Source of the DNA: an uncultured Prolixibacteraceae bacterium
GTDB lineage: Bacteria; Bacteroidota; Bacteroidia; Bacteroidales; Prolixibacteraceae
Direction: 5' to 3'
NCBI GenBank assembly: GCA_937915865.1
Contig: CALGIG010000071.1
Coordinates: forward strand, 41,184 to 105,183
Length of the DNA: 64,000 nucleotides
The notes under the pieces were generated by a model that worked only from the letters and a program-made list of their open reading frames with translations, searched no databases and was not told where the DNA came from. Positions 56,294 through 64,000 of the stretch are shown piece by piece. The position numbers were made by a program, and so were the translations under genes. How positions within the stretch are numbered: the first letter of the stretch is position 1; the number at the start of each line of letters is the position of its first letter.

Positions 56294-56353
56294 AAGGCAA
56301 CACTAAGCTGCCTTTCATGTTTCCCTTTGAATACAATACAAGAATAGAAACTA

Positions 56354-57235
56354 TCACAATCGTTCAATTGTCCGCGCGTTTACCAAATCTCCATTTTTGA
56401 CAATAAACCGCTGATGCCTACCACCGTTCTTTTCGAATAGTTCAACAACCAGTAGTTTTTTATCAGGAATGGTAAATTTTGGAAATGCAAAAACAGTGCC
56501 TTCAGATTCCTTTCCTTTTACTGAAGTCAGGTAATTGTAAGCCCGAACTGGTTCGATGATGGTTTCCTGAATTGCCGTACGTTTGACTACCTTTTTATCG
56601 ACAATTTTGAACACGAGAAAGTCAACATCGAAAGGAATATCAGAGGTGTTTTTGATTTCAGTGTGAAAGAATAGCAGATCGCTATAACAGAAAATACCTC
56701 GGAGCGAAAACTCAATCCCAAACTGGTTACTTTCCCTAAGTTTGTTCTTCTTTCTGCTGGTTTTGTAAATTTTCTCCATAACCATTTGAACGGTCTTTGG
56801 GGACTCATTGCCTAATTCAGAAAGATGTATCTGCATCGAATTTTCAGGCAGATTGCCTGACTTTTCTGGATGAAGAAAATCGTTCATTTCAATATTCAGC
56901 TTTTCTGGATTGTCCGAATAGCTCACAATGAAAGAATAGAAACTGCCTTCATTAGTAATTACCGAGAAATTGGTCTCTTCTTTAAAACCTTTTACGGCTG
57001 CTTTAACCCTGACTACATTTTCAGCACCTTCAGCTTTTCCGGCAATGATATTGGGTGAGCCCAAATCAATGTAGGCAATTCCTGATGGAAAAATCAGGTG
57101 AACAGTTTTATCATAGGTTACGTCCAGACAATAAGAGGAAATTACATTGTTTTCTGGGATAACTTTGGTGTGATCATTTTGTGCAGAAAGAGTGAGCGTT
57201 GATATAAAAAGTATGACGAAAATTATAGGTTTCAT
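56354..57235 (-). CDS. traN: Conjugative transposon protein TraN.
   Basis: 293 aa with a signal peptide. The segment LDVTYDKTVHLIFPSGIAYIDLGSPNIIAGKA...VVRVKAA matches the Bacteroidota TraN pattern. It follows traM. Confidence 0.85.
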   Translation of the reverse strand: MKPIIFVILFISTLTLSAQNDHTKVIPENNVISSYCLDVTYDKTVHLIFPSGIAYIDLGSPNIIAGKAEGAENVVRVKAAVKGFKEETNFSVITNEGSFYSFIVSYSDNPEKLNIEMNDFLHPEKSGNLPENSMQIHLSELGNESPKTVQMVMEKIYKTSRKKNKLRESNQFGIEFSLRGIFCYSDLLFFHTEIKNTSDIPFDVDFLVFKIVDKKVVKRTAIQETIIEPVRAYNYLTSVKGKESEGTVFAFPKFTIPDKKLLVVELFEKNGGRHQRFIVKNGDLVNARTIERL

Positions 57236-57267
57236 TTTGATGATTTTTAAGATTAAACAATTGAATT

Positions 57268-58566
57268 TTAATTGGATGGCATCAATAGCAAGCGGTGCCC
57301 GGATTTTAGGGTTACTTTGGCTGTCCGCAGCTTCTTTGAGATATACTGCGATGTTCCCTGGATGAGGCTTCGCCCGACATCGGCGGCCAGTTGTTGACCA
57401 GCAGTTGTACCCTGCGTAATGCTGATGCTTGTTCCGGCATCGCGCCCCATGGAAGCTGTGATTTCCTTTAGTGTTGTTGTTTCCACAGAGCCGGGAATAA
57501 ACAAACCCTGCTGCCCGTCAACATCAAAAGCAATTAATTGAACCGGCAGGATAGTACCACTATTTTCCAGCGATTGCACAACGATTTGGAGTCGTTCGCC
57601 CTGAATCTGAGCTATTCCGGTTATCAACGAATTCACGGGAAGTTCCATTTCTCCGGTTTCCACCGGTTCGAGGAGGCGAAGTTTTACATTTTGTCCGTTA
57701 ACCAGCGTTTGGGTACTATTCACACAAGCCCAAATCGTATTCCGGTCTTTCTGTTTGCTTTCATTTCCTCCGGTTATAAATGAGAGATTTCGGGGTTGAG
57801 AAACCTGACTGACAAACGCAGAATCACTGATATGCTGTTTCAATGACGAAACTGTATGATCAGATACTGTCTTAACTGCTTTGGATACTACCTGTTGTTT
57901 TGTCTTTCCAACTGGTAACGAAGTTTTTGTTTCTGAAACTTCTTTTGTTGTTTGCGAATTGGATGGCTCCGGCAAATATTTGGATGCCAGTTGATACGAC
58001 TTCTCCATCAGCTTTAGCTGTTCAGACATCCGGTCTGGCTGTTCTTGATGAGCAAGCTGATTTTTTAAGTCTTCGACTTCCTTTTTCAGCTTTTCTGTTT
58101 CGGAATCTTCCTTCGGTTTTTCGTAAAAATCACCGAGTGTTTGATTTATCCCTTGGTACGCAGATGCCGAATGCTGCATTGCTTTTGCGGGCTGTTTTGT
58201 GCCAGAATACTTTTCAGCAAATGTTCGCTTATCTGATTTATTATCACTAATCGATAAATCAAACTTTGCGGGCTCATGCTTCCCGACAATAGCCGAGAAC
58301 TGGTCCAGCGAACGAACGGGCTTCTCTTCCAAAAGTTTTTCCTGTTCAAAAGCGCTGATTTTGTCTTTTATCAGCTTGCTTTCCCTGGGCATCGGCAGTT
58401 CTGTATTTAAACCCGTTGCCCCCTTCGCTTCAATACTTTTTTCGGAAGGCCTGAAAATAAGCCAGAGGCTTGCGCCACAAACCGCGAACATCAATGCAAA
58501 AACAGCATACTTTTTTAGCTGTTGCTTATGCTGCGGTTTCAGTAGAGTTTTATTGTTTTTGTCCAT
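57268..58566 (-). CDS. traM: Conjugative transposon protein TraM.
   Basis: 432 aa. It has an N-terminal TM segment, a coiled-coil middle, and a C-terminus VKLRLLEPVETGEMELPVNSLITG...ILPVQLIAFDVDGQQGLFIPGS typical of TraM. Confidence 0.85.
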   Translation of the reverse strand: MDKNNKTLLKPQHKQQLKKYAVFALMFAVCGASLWLIFRPSEKSIEAKGATGLNTELPMPRESKLIKDKISAFEQEKLLEEKPVRSLDQFSAIVGKHEPAKFDLSISDNKSDKRTFAEKYSGTKQPAKAMQHSASAYQGINQTLGDFYEKPKEDSETEKLKKEVEDLKNQLAHQEQPDRMSEQLKLMEKSYQLASKYLPEPSNSQTTKEVSETKTSLPVGKTKQQVVSKAVKTVSDHTVSSLKQHISDSAFVSQVSQPRNLSFITGGNESKQKDRNTIWACVNSTQTLVNGQNVKLRLLEPVETGEMELPVNSLITGIAQIQGERLQIVVQSLENSGTILPVQLIAFDVDGQQGLFIPGSVETTTLKEITASMGRDAGTSISITQGTTAGQQLAADVGRSLIQGTSQYISKKLRTAKVTLKSGHRLLLMPSN

Positions 58567-58813
58567 GAATCACATCTTTAAGTTTTTGAATTAAACTGTC
58601 CTGCGGTAAATCAAGCGATTTGATATGCTTGATTTCAGGCACTTTCCGTACCTGATTAGTGAAGGAATCCCAAAGCATGACTGAAAAAACCGTAATAAAA
58701 AGAAAGCATAGTCCGAACACAACAGGTTTGCGTTTCTTTTGCGGAATCCGTTCACATGCTTTTCGGATGGTATTATCCAGCGCCTGGCTGGTTTTGTTGA
58801 TTTTTTCGCTCAT
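58550..58813 (-). CDS. traL: Conjugative transposon protein TraL (small membrane protein).
   Basis: 87 aa with a single TM segment. The call rests on its position between traK and traM. Confidence 0.6.
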   Translation of the reverse strand: MSEKINKTSQALDNTIRKACERIPQKKRKPVVFGLCFLFITVFSVMLWDSFTNQVRKVPEIKHIKSLDLPQDSLIQKLKDVIHGQKQ

Positions 58814-58815
58814 GG

Positions 58816-59439
58816 CTACCGGTTGATGGTTTGAATGTCCCTGTTCTCCTTCACAGTAAAATTCTCAATCGTGAAGCCATGCGGATTGTTATCACTTCGC
58901 ACTGAATTAATCAGGTCGCAGGTGGTAACCAGGCTCCGCTCTGTAATGTTGCTTTCGCGGATGATAACCTGCCTGGCATAAGTAGATGCCAGATAAGGAT
59001 AATTTCGAAAGTCAACCACAACACTATCGACCTGAAGGGTTTGATTGATATTCCCCGAGATAATCCGGTTGAAATACCCTTTTTCTACTAAATCCTTGTA
59101 GTAGGTATAAACGCTTTTGTCTGCCAGGAACATCGCCCGGTTGATGTTGGATTCAATAGCGTTTTTATCTGGCGAAAGCGTGAAAAACAATTCATGAAAA
59201 CGCCGGATATGTTCCCGTGCCTCCACCGGGCGGTTCTGCGACAATTCCTGTGAAAGGGCAAGAATTAAGGATTTCCCTTTGTCCAGAACATAGATTTTCT
59301 GCCGTTGCTTTTCGGCGAACCGATAGGCGCTGAAAACCGAATAGCCGGTAATGCCTGCACACAGAATGACAAAAACAATCCCGAAAAAGCGAATCTGCCT
59401 GAAACTCGTTTCGATATTTTTTAATGATTTAAATTCCAT
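58816..59439 (-). CDS. traK: Conjugative transposon protein TraK.
   Basis: 207 aa. The N-terminus MEFKSLKNIETSFRQIRFFGIVFV is characteristic of TraK. Confidence 0.88.
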   Translation of the reverse strand: MEFKSLKNIETSFRQIRFFGIVFVILCAGITGYSVFSAYRFAEKQRQKIYVLDKGKSLILALSQELSQNRPVEAREHIRRFHELFFTLSPDKNAIESNINRAMFLADKSVYTYYKDLVEKGYFNRIISGNINQTLQVDSVVVDFRNYPYLASTYARQVIIRESNITERSLVTTCDLINSVRSDNNPHGFTIENFTVKENRDIQTINR

Positions 59440-59452
59440 AGTTGTTTCCTTT

Positions 59453-60454
59453 TTATTTCTTTAAAAGTTTCCCTGAGATATTCCCGGCTGAAGCACCGGC
59501 CACACCCGCGGCCACAGAACCTGCCTGGCTTGCCGACGAACTTACGTTCTTCCCGTAATTGCCCATTCCTCCGGCCATGATAATCCAGTTGGCCACCGTT
59601 GGGATGGTGAAATACCCAATAATGCCGATAACCATAAACACGATATACACCCCGTTGGAGGCATCTACGGAATAGCTCGGATCTGCCTGAAGCTTGTCAA
59701 TATCATTCTGTAACATCAGCACCTGAATCCGGGCCAGGATGGAACTGAACAGGTCGGAAACCGGGAGCCAGAGATAAACCGAGACATACCGCGAGAACCA
59801 TTGTGTCATGGTGGATTGGAATCCGTCATAAACACTGATGGCAAAGGCAATGGGGCCAAGAATGGAAAGCACAATCAGGAAGAACGTGCGGATGGTATCA
59901 ATAACCAAAGCAGCAGCCTGAAACAGCAATTCCAGAATCTCCCGGAAGAAATCACGGATGCTCCGTTTCATGTTGTACATGCCCCGCTCAATGTACATTC
60001 CCGACATGGTAGCCAAATCGGAAGGGCTCCAGCCCAGTTCATCCAGCTTTTTGTCGAACTCTTCATCGCTCACCAGAAAGGCTGTTTCCGGGTTTCGTTT
60101 CATGGCCTCGGTTTCCAGTTGCTCCTTTAAGTCACGGTATTTTTGCATGTCAAAAGTCTGCGACTGGAGCATCTGGTTGGTTCCTTTTACCACCGGGCTT
60201 AGCACCATGTTGATTGTCCCCAAAACAATAGAAGGAAAGAACATGATGCAAAAGCCAATGGCAAAAGGGCGCAAAAGTGGATAAACGTCAATCGGTTCAG
60301 TCCGGGCAAGCGACTGCCAAACGCGGCTAGCCACAAATAGCAGCGCTCCCAGACCGGCTATCCCTTTTGCCACCCCAGCCATTTCGCTGCATAAAGGCAT
60401 CATCTCCACATACAGGCTGCGGAGAATCTGATGTAGGTTATCGAAATCCATCAC
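59453..60454 (-). CDS. traJ: Conjugative transposon protein TraJ.
   Basis: 333 aa, multi-TM. The segment LHQILRSLYVEMMPLCSEMAGVAKGIAGLGALLFVASRVWQSLARTEPIDVYPLLRPF is characteristic of TraJ. Confidence 0.9.
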   Translation of the reverse strand: MMDFDNLHQILRSLYVEMMPLCSEMAGVAKGIAGLGALLFVASRVWQSLARTEPIDVYPLLRPFAIGFCIMFFPSIVLGTINMVLSPVVKGTNQMLQSQTFDMQKYRDLKEQLETEAMKRNPETAFLVSDEEFDKKLDELGWSPSDLATMSGMYIERGMYNMKRSIRDFFREILELLFQAAALVIDTIRTFFLIVLSILGPIAFAISVYDGFQSTMTQWFSRYVSVYLWLPVSDLFSSILARIQVLMLQNDIDKLQADPSYSVDASNGVYIVFMVIGIIGYFTIPTVANWIIMAGGMGNYGKNVSSSASQAGSVAAGVAGASAGNISGKLLKK

Positions 60455-61080
60455 CAGTACCTTTCGTCAGCATTGCCATATAGTGCCAGCATCCGCTGTG
60501 CATCGCCTTTTCGTTGAGCTCTCAGGTAAGAAACGGAAAGGTTCTTGTTGGTATAGTAGCGCACCAGGTTCCTGTAACGCTGAACAGATGTATAAACGCC
60601 GTCAATGACATCCAGACGTTCCTTATCGGTCATTGAAAGCGAACTGGCATTAACAATCCCTTTCAGGTCGAGCAACAGGTTGCTGCTTTCTTCCAGTAGT
60701 TTGGTATAGCCAAAAGCAATGGCTCCCAATTCTTCCAGTGAGAAGTTTTCATCCTGAATCATCAATTGATAGGAATTGATGTAGATATCCGCAATCTCGC
60801 CAACCATCAGGATGGTTTCCTGAACTTTACGGGCATCCTTTACCAGGTTGTTCACGGCTTTTAAAGCATCGTAATATTCCTTACCTTGCTCATACACCTT
60901 TTTTACTTCCTGAAAATTCTTGATCACGTTGGAAACCGTGTTTGATGTTTGTACAATTTCGTTGGCGGTATTGACAATACTTTGGACAAGGTTAACCGGG
61001 TCGGTCACCACAAATTGCGCTCTCAGGTTCAATGTACCGAGCATAACGAGCAGCCCGGCTATAAATAGTATTGTTTTCAT
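60451..61080 (-). CDS. traI: Conjugative transposon protein TraI-like (DUF4141-type).
   Basis: 209 aa with a signal peptide. The call rests on its position between traG and traJ and its size. Confidence 0.65.
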   Translation of the reverse strand: MKTILFIAGLLVMLGTLNLRAQFVVTDPVNLVQSIVNTANEIVQTSNTVSNVIKNFQEVKKVYEQGKEYYDALKAVNNLVKDARKVQETILMVGEIADIYINSYQLMIQDENFSLEELGAIAFGYTKLLEESSNLLLDLKGIVNASSLSMTDKERLDVIDGVYTSVQRYRNLVRYYTNKNLSVSYLRAQRKGDAQRMLALYGNADERYW

Positions 61081-61104
61081 GTTACTAATTTTGAATGTGA
61101 ATGA

Positions 61105-63603
61105 TTAAGCGTTTCGCTTGCTGGCAGCCAGTTGTTTGATGGCTTGTTCAATATTCCCATCCAGCTTTTCGGTTAGCCGGACGAGTTCCAGTTTTTCGGT
61201 TTCTTCGGTGGTATAAGTGTAATACTCTTCCAAAGAAACTTCGGTGGCATAAACCGCAGACTGCACCCCTCCCAACCCAATCCAAACCTCTTTATATTTT
61301 CTCCGGGGATGGTTGGCCAGGTTGATGGAAAGAATCTGCGATTTTTCTTTTTCGGTCAATCCAAGCAGTTCCTGGATAGAGCCAAACTTATTCATGTATT
61401 TGCGCTGATCGAGCAGGATTTTACAATCGGAGTTGTTGATGATGCTTTCCTTGACGATTTCTGAGGCGATAATATCATCGACCTCCTGAGTAACCACAAT
61501 CGCTTCGCCAAAGAATTTTCGAACCGTTTTAAACAGGTATTTGATGTACTCCGCCATCCCTTCTTTGGCAATCGCTTTCCACGCTTCCTCAATTAATATC
61601 ATCTTGCGGATACCTTTTAATCGTCTCATTTTGTTGATAAAAGCTTCCATAATGATGATCGTTACAATAGGAAACAGGATTTTGTGGTCTTTAATTTGAT
61701 CCAACTCGAAAACGATGAAGCGCTTGTTGAGCAAATCCATTTGTTTGTCCGAATTCAGCAGGTAATCATACTCGCCACCACGATAATAAGGTTCCAATAC
61801 ATTCAGGAAATTGGCAATGTCAAAATCCTTCTCGCGTACTTTTTTCTGTTGGAGTAATTCGGAATACTCATCCCGGACGAATTCATAGAAAGTATTAAAC
61901 GACGGAGCTATCGCGCCATCCTGATTCAATCGTTCGATATACTGGCTCACCGCATTCGACAAAGCCACCTCCTCTGAACGCGAGGGCGCTTCTTCCTCGT
62001 TTTTCCAGAGGGTAAGGATCAGCGTTTTGATGCTCTCCTTTTTTTCAATGTCAAACACTCCGTCGTCGGTATAGAATGGATTAAACGCAATCGGGTTGTC
62101 TTCGGTGTAGGTAAAATATACGCCGTCTTCGCCCCGTGTTTTGTAATGGATCAAATCACACAATCCTTTGTAGCTGTTCCCGGTATCCACCAGAAGTACA
62201 TGTGTTCCCTGCTCGTAATATTGCCTGACCATGTGGTTGGTGAAAAAGGATTTTCCGCTTCCCGAAGGTCCAAGGATGAACTTGTTCCGGTTGGTGATTA
62301 TCCCTTTTTTCATGGGCAAATCGGAAATATCGAGATGCAGTGGTTTTCCAGTGAGCCGATCAACCATTTTTATCCCGACAGGCGATAAGGAATCCCGGTA
62401 ATTGGTTTCTCCGGTAAAGAAGCATAAGGCTTGTTCTGAGAACGTGTAAAACGATTCTTCGGAAGGGAAGTCGGCCGCATTGCCGGGAATGCCCGCCCAA
62501 AACAGTGTCGGGACATCCACGGTGTTGTAACGCGGCTTGCATTCCATCAGCGCGATCTGGGAACCAGCATCATTTTTAACCTGCCGTAGTTCTTCCGGTC
62601 TGTCGCTCCATGCCAGTACATTAAAATGCGCCCGCACAGAAACCAGCCCTTTGCTGTGTGCTTCGTTCAGGTACTCTTCCAGCCATTGTTTATTAATCTG
62701 GTTTGCACGGCTGTACCTCGAAAGCGAGTGCATGTTCCGGGCCATCTTTTCAAAGCGGGAAAGGTTGGCCGAATGGTCGTCGATAAAAATGTACTGGTTG
62801 TAAATGTGGTTGCACGACAACAACAAGCCAACCGGCGAAGCGTATGAAAGCAGGCAACTGCTACGGTCAGTCGAAAGTCTCTCGTACCGGCTTTCGGTGT
62901 TCACTTTCGCGGGCAGGTCATCCAAGTCCGAAAGGGTATGAAGCACCAGGGAGTTGTCCCCGATTTTCATTTCTCCCGGATTCAGGGTGATGTCCTGCAA
63001 ACAGGCAGTTTGTTCCTGAGAAAGCGAGAAATACTTCTCCACAATTCCCGGTTCCTTTTCCGTTCCGGTAATTTGTTCGGGTGTAAGCCGCGAGAGTCTC
63101 ATAAAATCACAGTCGTTCATGATTTGTTCAAACTGGTTCACCGCTTCCACGAACCGCAAAACTAATTCCTTATTCTTTATCTCTTTCGGCAGAAGGGTGC
63201 CCCGTCCCAGCGAACTAAAGGTACTTTGCTGCCTGCTCCGTTCTTTGGTTGTCTTTGTCAGGAACAGGTAGCAGGTGTGGTTTAAATATGGCCGTTCGTT
63301 AAAATGGCGTTCGAAAGAGGAACTCAGAAAGCTTAAATCCTGATTCTGCTTTTCATGCTGGTAATTTTCCCTGATATACCAGTCCTGTTTGTGAACAATG
63401 GAATAATCGGGCAAAACTTTAATAGCCTTGTTCCAGACCGAATGAATGGCTTCGTATTCTTCCGAAGTTACGGTAAACAATTCCGGCAGCCTAACCTGAA
63501 AAACAACGGTAATGTCAGCGTCCTTGCTGATGATACAGCCTTGTTCAACGGACAGCAAAGGGAACTTACTTTCAAGGGTGGCGGTCTTTAAAATGCTTCT
63601 CAT
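61105..63603 (-). CDS. traG: Conjugative transposon ATPase TraG (VirB4-like).
   Basis: 832 aa with Walker A GPSGSGKS. The size and position are typical of CTnDOT-type TraG. Confidence 0.9.
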   Translation of the reverse strand: MRSILKTATLESKFPLLSVEQGCIISKDADITVVFQVRLPELFTVTSEEYEAIHSVWNKAIKVLPDYSIVHKQDWYIRENYQHEKQNQDLSFLSSSFERHFNERPYLNHTCYLFLTKTTKERSRQQSTFSSLGRGTLLPKEIKNKELVLRFVEAVNQFEQIMNDCDFMRLSRLTPEQITGTEKEPGIVEKYFSLSQEQTACLQDITLNPGEMKIGDNSLVLHTLSDLDDLPAKVNTESRYERLSTDRSSCLLSYASPVGLLLSCNHIYNQYIFIDDHSANLSRFEKMARNMHSLSRYSRANQINKQWLEEYLNEAHSKGLVSVRAHFNVLAWSDRPEELRQVKNDAGSQIALMECKPRYNTVDVPTLFWAGIPGNAADFPSEESFYTFSEQALCFFTGETNYRDSLSPVGIKMVDRLTGKPLHLDISDLPMKKGIITNRNKFILGPSGSGKSFFTNHMVRQYYEQGTHVLLVDTGNSYKGLCDLIHYKTRGEDGVYFTYTEDNPIAFNPFYTDDGVFDIEKKESIKTLILTLWKNEEEAPSRSEEVALSNAVSQYIERLNQDGAIAPSFNTFYEFVRDEYSELLQQKKVREKDFDIANFLNVLEPYYRGGEYDYLLNSDKQMDLLNKRFIVFELDQIKDHKILFPIVTIIIMEAFINKMRRLKGIRKMILIEEAWKAIAKEGMAEYIKYLFKTVRKFFGEAIVVTQEVDDIIASEIVKESIINNSDCKILLDQRKYMNKFGSIQELLGLTEKEKSQILSINLANHPRRKYKEVWIGLGGVQSAVYATEVSLEEYYTYTTEETEKLELVRLTEKLDGNIEQAIKQLAASKRNA

Positions 63604-63929
63604 ACTGCCCCCTTTCTTTTTGGGGCGAACAGCCGGAGAACACTTTTCCGGTTGATGATCCTGCGTGGGAAAGTCCGGGTTGCCTGGAGCTTCATTAATC
63701 CGAACCGGCCAAATTTCTGGTTAAGGGAAAATGTCAGCCATACGACAAGAAAAGCCAAAGCCTTTCCGGTGAAAATGCAAACCCACTGGTTTATCCCAGC
63801 CAGGTACATAATGATGAAAACCACGAAAGCACCAAGCAGCCCGCCGGCAAAAATGAACAAGTACTGGCTTTGCAGTCCCTTAAATTCTGCTGGTTTGTTC
63901 ACCCCTTTGTTGATGAAATATTCTGCCAT
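63600..63929 (-). CDS. traF: Conjugative transposon protein TraF (DUF4133-type small membrane protein).
   Basis: I chose the start at ATG 63929 (MAEYFINKGVNKPAEFKGLQSQYLFIFAGGLLG). Its stop overlaps the traG start. Confidence 0.75.
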   Translation of the reverse strand: MAEYFINKGVNKPAEFKGLQSQYLFIFAGGLLGAFVVFIIMYLAGINQWVCIFTGKALAFLVVWLTFSLNQKFGRFGLMKLQATRTFPRRIINRKSVLRLFAPKRKGAV

Positions 63930-63933
63930 GTTT

Positions 63934-64000
63934 TTACAGGAAGAATGAACGAAGGATGGTGGCAGCAACAATCAGGAAAATACAGGCACCGAACCAGGCG
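63934..64000 (-). CDS. traE: Partial CDS: C-terminal end of a TraE-like (DUF4134-type) small membrane protein, continuing beyond the window end.
   Basis: The reverse-strand frame reads ...AWFGACIFLIVAATILRSFFL* with the stop at 63936..63934, 4 nt upstream of the traF ATG. Confidence 0.55.
   Translation of the reverse strand, partial: AWFGACIFLIVAATILRSFFL

Overview
The window looks like a Bacteroidota chromosome segment. The evidence is SusC/SusD genes, a T9SS sorting domain, an ECF sigma/FecR pair, RteC and CTnDOT-type Tra proteins. I saw no rRNA, tRNA or CRISPR.

Layout:
- (a) 1-2300: a mobile-element regulatory module with a partial CDS, a small HTH protein, a small Cys-motif protein and RteC.
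- (b) 2572-32721: one roughly 30-kb run of co-directional minus-strand genes. It starts with ECF sigma, FecR anti-sigma and an STN-domain SusC, followed by SusD. Next come a beta-helix protein, GH97 and a TAT-signal GH-like protein. The run continues without a break into two sugar importers (an MFS sugar porter and RhaT) and five URO-D-family methyltransferase paralogs. It also holds a RACo-type reductive activase, a DxHxxG corrinoid protein, a COG0523 GTPase and a MetH-activation-domain-like protein. Four genes of a fucose/rhamnose-type oxidative sugar route (mutarotase, AKR, lactonase, Zn-ADH) sit among them.
- (c) 34550-43595: a second block of secreted enzymes (esterase, second GH97, T9SS protein, GH13, GH71-like lipoprotein) with no SusCD pair of its own.
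- (d) 43855-51991: a decayed and IS-disrupted second corrinoid locus. It contains a RACo pseudogene, an AraC regulator and nested IS4 elements. These are followed by MtaC-like and MtaB-like methanol methyltransferase genes, a second COG0523 GTPase and a second MetH-activation-like gene.
- (e) 52379-64000: one arm of a conjugative element, with a large serine recombinase, tandem non-coding repeats, a GNAT-fusion gene and traN-M-L-K-J-I-G-F-E.

Main hypothesis: the corrinoid methyl-transfer machinery is physically wired to polysaccharide uptake and sugar catabolism. I read it as a candidate anaerobic system for demethylating O-methylated sugars, with a methanol branch. I do not know of such a system having been described. 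All family assignments come from reading motifs by eye, with no database search.
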